Source: Octopus bimaculoides
Taxonomy: Eukaryota
Assembly (NCBI RefSeq): GCF_001194135.2
Contig: NC_068983.1
Location: 1,413,229 to 1,463,389 of the forward strand
Reading direction: 5' to 3'
DNA: 50,161 bases
The position numbers and the translations under genes were made by a program. The notes beneath the pieces are model-generated. The model did no database searches. It was not told where the DNA came from and saw nothing but the letters and a program-made list of their open reading frames with translations. This document shows, piece after piece, positions 1 to 12,100 of the stretch (the stretch's first letter is position 1; each line of letters opens with the position of its first letter).

Positions 1-710
1 CCTCCTCCTCATCTACCTCCTCCTCATCTACCTCCTCCTCATCTACCTCCCCCTCCTCATCATCCACCTCCTCCTCATCTACCTCCTCTTCATCTACCTC
101 CTCCTCATCTACCTCCCCCTCATCTACCTCTTCCACCTCCTCCTCCTCATCTACCCCCTCCTCCACTACCTCCTCCTAATCTACCCGCTCCTCCACTATT
201 CCTCCTCCCCATCTACCTCCTCCTCCTCTACCTCCTCCACCTCTACCTCCTCCTCCTCAACCTCCTCCTCAACTACCTCCTCCTCAACTACCTCCTCCTC
301 ATCTACCTCCTACTCACCTACCTCCTACTCATCTACCTCTTCCTCTTCATCATCCACCTACTCCGCATCTATCTACTCCACCTCTACCTCCTCCTCTACC
401 TCCTCCTCATCTTCCTCCTCCTCCTCTACCTCCTCCACCTCTACCTCCTCCTCGTCTACCTCCTCCTCATCTACCTCCTCCTCATCTACATCCTCCTCAT
501 CTACCCCCTCCTCATCTACCTCCTACTCATCTACCTCCGCCTCCTCATCATCCACCTACTCCTCATCTACCTACTCCGCATCTACCTCCTCCTCCTCTAT
601 CTCGTACTCATCTACCTGCCCCTCATCTACCTCTTTTACCTCCTCCTCCTCATCTACCCCTCCTCCACTACCTCCTCCTCATGTACCTCCTCCTCATCTA
701 CCTCCTCCTC
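1..710. repeat. CCT-rich degenerate tandem array (units such as CTCATCTACCTCCTC)
   Basis: Directly visible; runs into the N gap 711-1515. Confidence 0.97.
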
Positions 711-1515
711 NNNNNNNNNNNNNNNNNNNNNNNNNNNNNNNNNNNNNNNNNNNNNNNNNNNNNNNNNNNNNNNNNNNNNNNNNNNNNNNNNNNNNNNNNN
801 NNNNNNNNNNNNNNNNNNNNNNNNNNNNNNNNNNNNNNNNNNNNNNNNNNNNNNNNNNNNNNNNNNNNNNNNNNNNNNNNNNNNNNNNNNNNNNNNNNNN
901 NNNNNNNNNNNNNNNNNNNNNNNNNNNNNNNNNNNNNNNNNNNNNNNNNNNNNNNNNNNNNNNNNNNNNNNNNNNNNNNNNNNNNNNNNNNNNNNNNNNN
1001 NNNNNNNNNNNNNNNNNNNNNNNNNNNNNNNNNNNNNNNNNNNNNNNNNNNNNNNNNNNNNNNNNNNNNNNNNNNNNNNNNNNNNNNNNNNNNNNNNNNN
1101 NNNNNNNNNNNNNNNNNNNNNNNNNNNNNNNNNNNNNNNNNNNNNNNNNNNNNNNNNNNNNNNNNNNNNNNNNNNNNNNNNNNNNNNNNNNNNNNNNNNN
1201 NNNNNNNNNNNNNNNNNNNNNNNNNNNNNNNNNNNNNNNNNNNNNNNNNNNNNNNNNNNNNNNNNNNNNNNNNNNNNNNNNNNNNNNNNNNNNNNNNNNN
1301 NNNNNNNNNNNNNNNNNNNNNNNNNNNNNNNNNNNNNNNNNNNNNNNNNNNNNNNNNNNNNNNNNNNNNNNNNNNNNNNNNNNNNNNNNNNNNNNNNNNN
1401 NNNNNNNNNNNNNNNNNNNNNNNNNNNNNNNNNNNNNNNNNNNNNNNNNNNNNNNNNNNNNNNNNNNNNNNNNNNNNNNNNNNNNNNNNNNNNNNNNNNN
1501 NNNNNNNNNNNNNNN

Positions 1516-1588
1516 CATCGGTAATATTCTCATATTCTCTAGATTAATTTATATGTATTCACACTGATGATACGGTCAGCAATGTTGG
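1516..1588 (+). repeat. 73-bp direct repeat, identical copy at 2675-2747
   Basis: CATCGGTAATATTCTCATATTC...CAGCAATGTTGG occurs twice; the copies diverge immediately after. Confidence 0.95.
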
Positions 1589-1734
1589 ACTGAAATCCTC
1601 AGATTGAAATCAGAGACAAATTCATTATCACACAAAGCATTATATGTTACGATATGTCCACATTTCTAAAATACAACATACACTGAGGTATAGGAAAACT
1701 AGTTACTTCTTGCCATCATCATCATAATAGTCCT

Positions 1735-2280
1735 CCTCCTCATCTAACTCCCCCTCCTGCTCCTGCTCCACCTCCTCCTCCTGATCTACCTCCTCCTGCA
1801 CCTGCTCCTCCTCCTCCTGATCTACCTCCTCCTGCACCTGCTCCTTCCTCCTCCTGATCTACCTCCTCCCCTTCTCATCTACCTCCTCATCTACCTCCAC
1901 TTCAACTACCCGCTCCTCCACTACCTCCTCCTCATGTACCTCCTCCTCATCTACCTCCTCCTCCTCTACCTCCTTCTCATCTACCTCCTTCTCATCTACC
2001 TCCTACTCATCTACCTCCTACTCATCTACCTCCTCCTCATCTACTACCTCCTCCCCCTCATCTACCTCCTCCTCCCCCTCATCTACCTCCTCCGCCTCAT
2101 CTACCTCCCCTCCTCCTCATCTACCTCCTCCTTCTCATCTACTTCCTCCTCATCTACCTCCTCCTCATCTACCTCCTCCTCCTCATCTTCCTCCTCCCCT
2201 TCCTCCTCCTCCTCCTTCTCATCATCATCATCATCATCATCATCATCGTATCATCATCATCATCATCATCATCATCACAT
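1735..2280. repeat. Second CCT-rich array ending in (CAT)n
   Basis: Same units as 1-710, including the rare variant CATGTACCTC at 681 and 1934. Confidence 0.97.
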
Positions 2281-2284
2281 ACAT

Positions 2285-4190
2285 TCAACTAAGTAAATAT
2301 GTTCGAATGTTTAACTTACTTTTCCTTTCATATATGTTTCTTCCCGGGCATTTTCCGCACGTTTTCTTGCAATACTTCGACATAAAATTAAGATTGCGCA
2401 TACATCCATTATGTTTAGCCTTCTGTCTACACGTGGTAATTACGTCTCGACATTCAAGCTCTTCATAGAAATAAAAGAAGAATGAAAAACAAAAATACAG
2501 AAAGTCTGTAAGGGGTAGAATAGTCACGGTTGACATCACACTTGTTCAAGATGCTCTTTTGCCTTAGATTTGTACTATAAACTTCAAGAACTTGTTTTCT
2601 TTAATTAGAAATTTAACCCACAAGAAAGTGATTTTTGGCAACTTCATCAAATGGGTCAATAACATACATATATACATCGGTAATATTCTCATATTCTCTA
2701 GATTAATTTATATGTATTCACACTGATGATACGGTCAGCAATGTTGGGCAACTGAATGTTTAATAGGGTTTCATAATTTGATCAATAATTGCTTAGTTCT
2801 CTTGAAAGAATCCACGATAAAGACATGTTTATATTCTGATTCATCAATCCTATTGAACACCTGTTGATAATGATCTTTGGAAATAGATGCAGGCTTGTTA
2901 CATATAATAAGTGGATAGAAGTTTTTCTAAGATAAAATATAAATACGGAAAATTTCCGCTCAGATTTGTTATATTCTTATTAAACTTATCCACAGATTTT
3001 AGCTAGCAGCGCATTTATCATTCAATGAAATTAATCAGAAGTATGAAACAGTCATAACCAAGTATCATGTTTATCCCCCATCCTCGTGAACCCTAAAAGA
3101 AGAAACGTTTAGACGAACAGAGTTGATTATAATCCGTCACTTTTCGCATAGTAGTCAAAATCAGACAAAGCAGCAGCAGAGTTACTCTTTAATCTAACGG
3201 ATAAATACTTCCTGACTTAGCTAGTGCTCGAACCAAGAGGACAGAATAAAACGATCTTGGATCTAATATTAACCAACCACTCTCGCTCCGTTCACAGTAT
3301 TTCAGTTGAAAAAAACTCTCGCCCCAGACCACTACATGATACTCTGCAGTTTTAATTCTCGGCATATCAAAACCAAACCAGCCAATCCCGCTCCATGGCA
3401 CTAATTTGACAACATAAACGTCCACAAAGCGGACTGCGGAGCAATCAGAAAGGATCTATCCTTCATCGACTGGTCTTTTACTCTCTGTTCCACTCACAGT
3501 GGGACCTCATGACAACACTCTGAAAACATTGTCACCTATACATGCTCAAAACCCGCTCCTACGAAATCCACTAACACAAAGAGAAACCGGCTCCCTAAAA
3601 AGGCAAAAAAACCGCAAAAAACTCATCAGGCGCATCACAAGACAATAAAAAAAAAAATCAACCAATTAAAATACTCCCACATACAACATCCACATTCAAC
3701 AACAATGAAAAGGCTGGAGTTGGAAAAACTTCATCTGCTGACCGACATGAAATCCTCCATTGAAAATCAAAGAGCTGCGGAGGAACAGTGGGTAACCAAA
3801 AACATCCAACAGAACCCAAAAGTGTTTTATTCTTGTGCAAATAAGAATAGAACCGCTGTCTCATCCATTGGGCCATTGATCGATGATAACGACATTCCCC
3901 GACACGATGCTAAAGAAATAGCAGAAGTACTGTAGAAACAATATTGCTCTGTCTTTAGTGATCCCACTGATATTGACGTAAGAGAAGCGAACGAAGTTGA
4001 TTCCCAACGTAAAATCTCGGACAGAACCAACACTGCCTGACAACATAGCAGCAATAAATGAGGTCAAATAATATTCTGCTGTAGACCCGGTTAGATTCGC
4101 CGCTAGTCTCCTGAAGGAACGTAGACACCAACTTGCAGTCCCTCTGACCAAACTCTGGAGAAATTCTTTATGTATGTATGTATGTATCTA

Positions 4191-4247
<57 letters not shown>

Positions 4248-7200
4248 ATATATATTTATANNNNNNNNNNNNNNNNNNNNNNNNNNNNNNNNNNNNNNNN
4301 NNNNNNNNNNNTATATATATATACATGTAGATACCTATATATGCATCTATATATATGTTTTGCATGTACCAACATTAGTTGAAAGGACCAATATAAAAAA
4401 AAAACAATTTTAAATGAACGTAATTGTATATCTATACATATGATCTTAGTTTCGTTCAATTCTCGACCAAAAGCTGTCCGACGATTAGTGTTAGATGCAA
4501 TTCGAAATGAGGCTGGAGCAGTTCATCTCCCCAGGTCTTTCATCGAGCACCCGACCGGCACCGTTCACCGTGAGGCCTCTCTTCCCGGATGTACTTGAGA
4601 TGCGAAGGTAGGCCTAGTCGTCGGGCCTACCGCGCTCCAATCTCCACTATTGTCTGGGCCGCTTGTAAGCGGCTACATGCTCGTGTGGTCACGCTTGCTC
4701 GTGGTCTGGGAGTTATCGGTCTATTGAAGTGAAACAGGGCCATTTCGCCAGTAGAACCTGCGGTCCAAGCGAGGGTGTCGAGTGACTCTCTTATATAGAG
4801 ATACAAAGCGAATGTACATGAAGTACAATCACTACTAGAAATAGCAGCTGATAAGTTACCGGTGAAAATTCGGTCGGTAACAGTACATTAAACTGCATTC
4901 ATGCCTACAGACGTGATCTGAAAAGGCTGAAAATGTAGTATTGAGACATCCTTTATTCCTCTAACGGTCTCCGTAGAGGTAAGACAGAATTTTCCTATAT
5001 TCACCGCCTGCAAACATCTTTGCCTGTGAACAATCAGTGAAGTTCTACATGGCACCGATAACTTACTAGCTGTTATATTTAGCAATGATTTTACTTCGTG
5101 TACATCTGATTTGTATTTATAAATCTACGTTTTAAAGTGCTTTATTCTTGTTGGATAGTAATATTATTATTTTACCTAATATTCCTATCTCTTTTATATG
5201 AATGTATATATATATATATATATAAGGAGCAAAATACTGGAGGTTCAGTAAACAACCCGCGGTAAAATTATGAGTTGAAAATATGCAAAGAAAGAAGAAG
5301 AAAAATGCCTTCGTTTCACATAGTTTAATATTTGTTATATAAATATATACATATTATATGGGTGTTGTAAAATTCAACCGGTTTTCGCTATTTAAATTAG
5401 CTTTTCAAGGGGCATTGTATAGTGATATTATAACGTAATTATGACATTAAAATATAAAGATTAATTCGCATGATGAAGAAGTTTCGCCATCCTGGCTGTT
5501 TGAAAACTAAGAAATGGTTTAGAGAGTGAACTAAGGGAGGTAATGAGTGTCAAGGTGGATAACTGATTCCTTAGGATAGTTTTCAGCGTTATCAGATTTG
5601 AATATTGAGGTGTGGTTTATATTTTTGAATGAATAACTTCTCTTTATTTGGTCGTTCTTGCACTGAAATTGAATCTTTGCACTGGTACAATGGGAAGATA
5701 AGGAAATTCGGCGTTTTATCACCTGCGCATCTGTCAATATCTCCGCTCACTGTAATTTGCCTGTACCGGAGGAAGCGAATCTGTTCTTTATGCAACGTGA
5801 CTCTGCGTCTCAAAGAAAGGCTCGTTTGGCCTACATAGTTATGACCACAACCTGAGAAAGTTAGGACATAGATAAGGTTGTGGGAGGCACATGTGAAGTT
5901 AGTTTTGATTGAGAATGTTTGTCTTTGCTGGAATGTGAATTCCGAGCCTTCACTTAGGTGTGGGCATGTACCACAATTGGGTTGTCTGCATTTTTTAACT
6001 GTTGGTATTGTATATATTGAGTATAGTTTTGCATTTGTAAGGAGTCACTTGAGTGATTTGTGTTGTCTTTTACATTATAGTAATTTGTGTTTATTTAGGA
6101 TGCTGTTCATTTTCGGGTCTTGAGTGAGTATAGGAAGATTTTGTATAATTGTGTCGTATGCTTCGTTGTTTATAGGGTTGTGGGTTGATATGTATGGGAG
6201 TGATTTGAGGTGAGGTGTGGTGTTTTGTTTTGTTGTTCTTAGTGTGTTTGAGTCCAATTTCTTGACATGTTTAATTCCATGTTCTATAAGTGTAGCTGGG
6301 TATTGACGTTCGATGAATGTTATTTTGAGTTCTTGCAATCGAAGTTCCCGACTGGTTGTGTCAGATACAATCGTACAAATCCTTTTTGCTAGATTGAATG
6401 GAATATTTATTTTGGTGTGTTTTGGATGGCAAGAACTGAAAAGGAGATACTGCTTAAATTCTGTTGGCTTGTAGTAAATGTCAGTTGCGATGTGGTTGTC
6501 GGACGTTTTAAAAATCAAGATGTCCAGAAAAGGAAACCGTTCCTTGCTATATTCCATGGTAAATTGGATGTTGGGATTAATACTGTTCAGTGTGGATTTG
6601 AAAACCAGCAGATTATCATAGGTTTCATTCCAGATGATAAAACAATCGTCTAAATATCTTTTCCAGTTTTCTCTTATATAGTGGTGGAATGGTGGTCCAA
6701 ATGTTTGGAGTGAAAGTTCATACAAGGTAGATTCAAAGTAACCTATTATTAGGTTCGCCAGAACAGTCGCAGCTTTTGTACCCATCGCAATACCGCATTT
6801 TTGGCGATAGTATGTTGTATCGAATATGAAGTAGTTGTTTTGAAGGATGAACTTCAGGGATTCAATGATAAATGTCTGGTTTCTGCGGTCCGGGAGAACT
6901 TCTGGGCGTTTTTTCAACCAGAATTTTATTACCTCCATTCCATAGTCGTGTGGAATGTTAGTGTAGAGGTTGGTGACATCGAAGGAGGCTAATAGAGCTT
7001 CTTCGTTGGTGGTTTTTGGTAGGTGCTCTAGCATGTCCAAATCGGCTCTAATGAAACTTTTGATATATTTGAGATAGGGCTTCAGTAATATGTCGAGAAA
7101 GTTGCTAAGGCGGTGTTTCACAGGCTGGACCAGCAATAATAGGCCTTAATTTTAAGTCTTCTGGTGTTGGAATATTTATGTACAGGCTTGGACTCGATTT

Positions 7201-9129
7201 GCAGGCATTAGTGATTGCTTGACTCTTGTGAATTTTGGGGAGGCCATAGAAAAGGCTGGGTTTGCATTTGAAGTTGGTTATATAGTCTTTTTATTTTTCT
7301 ATTAGGCGATTCCGTGTTTGAGTATTAGAGTTTCAAGATTTTTTAAAGTTTTTTGCTGCAACTTTTTCATAGAAGGGGTCATTTTCTAATATGGACAGTG
7401 CTAGCTTTTTGTAGTACTCTGTGTCCATCAATACTACAGCACTCCCTTTGTCTGCTTCTTTGATTGTCAGGTCTTTGTCATTTTTTAGTTGTAGTAGTTG
7501 CTTTCATTGTATCGTTGAAGTTAGGTACAATTTTTGATTTGTAGAAAGTGTGAGGAAAATTTTGGATACGGTTGCAGAAGTCATCTAATGTTTTATTCAT
7601 TCCTTTGGGTGGTAGATAATTACTTTTGTTTCTCACTAGTGATTCGTCTTCGTTGTAGTTGTTAAGTGCTTCTGTCAAACGAAGCTTTCTACAGAATTCT
7701 GCAATATTATCTTTAATTTCATTGATGTTCGGTCTTCGTGGGGTAGGTGTAAATTTTAATCCTTTAGCTAAAATATGGATTTTTGTAGTGGAGAGCGTTT
7801 TCTTAGATAGATTGATTATTGTAAGTTTCTCCCAGGGGTATTTGGTCCTGTATGGGATGCTGTGAAATTGTTCTATTTGTCTAGTTAAGGGAGTTGTAGT
7901 TCTGAAAGGTGAATTCCTGTGTTGAGGGGTCGGAAGGATGCCCTGTCTGTTTGTAGCTTTTGGAGGGAAAGAATTGAAATAATAGTCGTTATTATTGATA
8001 TTAATATTATTATTATTATACCTAATCCTAGGGTGTTTTTTTTTACTGGTGTTTCTTATTATTGGATGGTTGTTACTGGTATGTCTTAATAATGGGGGGG
8101 GGGTCCTATTGTGAGGTTGGTGGTGGTTGACATCCCAGTGGTGGAGTGGTTTTGTGTGTCTGTGTTGAACGTTTGATCTGGGTGTACGATTATTGGTTTC
8201 AGTGGATGTATTTGTTTTGGATTTTTTTTAGAAAAGGGTTGTCTGAGGTGTAGTCTTTTTTGAATTGAGATTCGTAGTTAAGGAAAAATGGATATTGTTT
8301 TCCCATCGTTGTAGGGAAATAATTTTTTCCGATTCACAGTCGTCTTTCCATAGTTTAATAACATTTTTTAGAAGTTGTTCATTGGCGTGTATCGTGAATT
8401 CTGTGTTCTTCTCATCATCGATCGTTTTATAATTTTGTTCATGATTCTGAGCTCTGAGTTTAAGTAATTCAATTTCTGTTCTCATTTTTTCTAATGTTAG
8501 TTTCTCTTTGAGTATTCGTTGTTGTTCTGGTTCGTCAGGGATGGGTTTGAGTTGGAGATTTGAGACGCAGAGTCACGTTGCATAAGGAACAGATTCGCTT
8601 CCCCCAGTACTGGCAAATTGCACTGAGCGGAGATATTGACAGATGCGCAGGTGATAAAACGCCGAATTTCCTTATCTTCCCCTTGTACCAGTGCAAAGAT
8701 TCAATTTCAGTGCAAGAACGACCAAATAAAGAGAAGTTATTCATTCAAAAATATAAACCACACCTCAATATTCAAATCTGATAACGCTGAAAACTATCCT
8801 AAGGAATCAGTTATCCACCTTGACACACATTACCTCTCTTGGTTCACTCTCTAAACCATTTCTTATTTTTCAAACAGCCAGGATGGCGAAACCTCTTCAT
8901 CATGCGAATTAATCTTTATATTTTAATGTCATAATTACGTTATAATATCACTATACAATGCCCCTTGAAAAGCTAATTTAAATAGCGAAAACCGGTTGGA
9001 TTTTTCAACACCCATATAATATGTATATATTTATATAAAAAAATATTAAACTATGTGAAACGAAGGCATATTTCTTCGTCTTACTTTAGATATTTTCAAC
9101 TATATNNNNNNNNNNNNNNNNNNNNNNNN

Positions 9130-9164
<35 letters not shown>

Positions 9165-12100
9165 AAACGAATAATAAAATACAGCTGTTACATACGTAAA
9201 TGTTTGTAGGAGAATGGGACCGTTGCACCATTATAAAAACCCGTAATCATCAGATGAGAAGTAATTTTACAAAAGAAAAGAATACAGCAGGGGTATGGTT
9301 GGAGCCTTTCGAGGTAATCGATGAAATGGGAGAACGTTTAGGTTATGAATGTAGTTATCGTGTAATACGATATCTAAAGTTTGTGACTCGGGTGAGAAGG
9401 AGTCTACTAGACTAGATCCTGGGTAGACTGGAGTGGGGTGTAGGAGAACATTTATTATAATAGGCATAAAGCAGTGGGAAGGAAGGAGAGGTCATAAAAG
9501 AATTAAGGATAAGTGAAGAAAGAAACGATAAATGAATCAAACGCAAGTGTGAAGGAAAAAGAGAAATAAAAATAAAAGCATATTTCATTTTTATTTCATT
9601 TTTCCATTACCCTTGCGTTCGATTTATTTATTGTTTGTTGCTTTCCTTATCCTAAATTCTCAAGGCTGGTTGCCGACAGAGGTTTCTGCTCTGCAAAGAT
9701 TTTATCCTATATATGCTCTTCTATCAGCATTTATGCATTGAAAGATATATCTTTCTAATTGTGCTACAATACATTTCAGAGCTTCAAAAACAAATTTATG
9801 CTTGTTTCCATATGACGTAATGTGCATATCTGTGTGTGTGTGTATACGTGTGTGTCTATACATACATATAAATGTATCTGTGTGTGTGTGTGTTCATACA
9901 TATAAATGCATATCGAACTATCTCTCTTTATATATATATATATATATATATATATNNNNNNNNNNNNNNNNNNNNNNNNNNNNNNNNNNNNNNNNNNNNN
10001 NNNNNNNNNNNNNNNNNNNNNNNNNNNNNNNNNNNNNNNNNNNNNNNNNNNNNNNNNNNNNNNNNNNNNNNNNNNNNNNNNNNNNNNNNNNNNNNNNNNN
10101 NNNNNNNNNNNNNNNNNNNNNNNNNNNNNNNNNNNNNNNNNNNNNNNNNNNNNNNNNNNNNNNNNNNNNNNNNNNNNNNNNNNNNNNNNNNNNNNNNNNN
10201 NNNNNNNNNNNNNNNNNNNNNNNNNNNNNNNNNNNNNNNNNNNNNNNNNNNNNNNNNNNNNNNNNNNNNNNNNNNNNNNNNNNNNNNNNNNNNNNNNNNN
10301 NNNNNNNNNNNNNNNNNNNNNNNNNNNNNNNNNNNNNNNNNNNNNNNNNNNNNNNNNNNNNNNNNNNNNNNNNNNNNNNNNNNNNNNNNNNNNNNNNNNN
10401 NNNNNNNNNNNNNNNNNNNNNNNNNNNNNNNNNNNNNNNNNNNNNNNNNNNNNNNNNNNNNNNNNNNNNNNNNNNNNNNNNNNNNNNNNNNNNNNNNNNN
10501 NNNNNNNNNNNNNNNNNNNNNNNNNNNNNNNNNNNNNNNNNNNNNNNNNNNNNNNNNNNNNNNNNNNNNNNNNNNNNNNNNNNNNNNNGTGTGTTATATT
10601 TTTATTTGAGAATTTCTTTTAGGCGTTACCCACCAGGCTCGTGTTTGGCCGAAAGGCTTTATGTATTCCGTCTTCTATCTTTTAAAATTACATTTGTTTA
10701 CTTTCATACGTCCAACCTGCATTGTCTTGTATGCTCGTGCAAATCTTGCGGGTGCCGCGGATATACGAAGTTCTCAGTCTAATCGTTAAAGGCAAGAAAC
10801 TGAGTATTAGTATTTTGGTCGATAACTGATGAAGAATTCGGGTCCACGTGTGTCTGTCCTACATTTTTTACGTTTTGTAGTTTTTAATGTATTTTTCATT
10901 TATTGAGTAACTGAACGCCACGCATCCTGACTTTCGTTTACAGTTGTGGGCATCCTTCTGTCTCGGGAGACAATGGAGTTGCGCATTAACTAATCCAATC
11001 TGGTTTTTACCTTTCATATCCTCTCTAGTTTCCTTTCCGGTTTTGCGCAGAACTGAGCTAAATGCACGAAAATCCTGGGTAGACCAATCGTCGATTCGTC
11101 TCTCGACCATGCTGACGTACTCCAAAAGAGTGCAGAGCATTATGTTTCGCACCAGCTTGGTTGTAGGAGCTGCCCGAAGAGTATCGAGTCGGACACTAAA
11201 CCGCCTACGGGGCTTCACTCCGGATTTCTTTGAAGGTTGTCTCCTTTCCGTAACCCTGGATAGGGGCCCTTACCGGATACTGTCAACTGGAGCCAGCTGA
11301 GTCCGGGACACGTGTCAGGCAGNNNNNNNNNNATATATATATTAATATATATATATATATATATATGCGTGTTTGTATGTGCGTGCGTGCCCGTTTGTGT
11401 GAATATACGCTTATGAAATAACAACGTTATTAACGGATTGGCAACCTAAGGTAAATAAATTATTAATGTCGTATATATTTTTATTAGAAAACTTACCAGA
11501 ACATTTCCTTACAGGGTCTGTAGGAGTGTTTGTCTTACAGTAGCAAATACAATCTCTTGAAAGGAAGCCTTCGCCTCGACATCGTTTTTTGGGACATTTC
11601 GCTGTATGAAATATGAATAAAATCTATTTAGGTTCTTCAACCGACAAATTTGTTCAATAAATATAGATTTACTAGGTTTAGTAGACTCATTAATAAATAC
11701 TTGAGAAGTAAGATATATTCCGTACATTTTACACTCCTCTGCGTTCTGAATCTTTTTTTATCCTGGTTGTATGTCAGAATTAATATAACAATTAATATAA
11801 CAAAATTAATATAACAAAACAGAATTAATATAACAAACGCCTTCTATCAGGATAAATTTCATTTTCGATTTCGGGATTAATTTGTAAAAAGACATTTAGA
11901 ATTTTAGATTGAAATATTTAAACGTTTGCTTAAAGGTCGTTCAATGATTTTTGAAAAAAAAAAGTTTGGAGCTGTATTTAGCAAGACGTTACCTTGAGAA
12001 ACAACAGATGTAAATATTTCTCAATTAGACATACATGTTTATAGTCTATATAAACGATCTTTCTAGAGTCATAATACACAGAAGGTGAAAATATTTGCTG

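Noticed and set aside
1560-1610. CTGATGA...GAAA in the 73-bp repeat as a hammerhead
   Set aside because: Extra bases precede stem II, and no stem I or stem III pairing can be built.
1934-2296. Leu/Ser/His-rich ORF and other homopolymeric ORFs (19096-19975, 36858-37110, 47893-48612)
   Set aside because: Translations of microsatellites.
3190-3560. Possible RNase H-like fragment of an I/R1-group LINE on the minus strand (GAGLAG...VFSTEI)
   Set aside because: Too short and stop-ridden to call without a profile search.
4640-4730. Minus-strand TTACAAGC plus TAACTCC...GGAG resembling a twister ribozyme
   Set aside because: P4 and both pseudoknots cannot be formed with the flanking bases.
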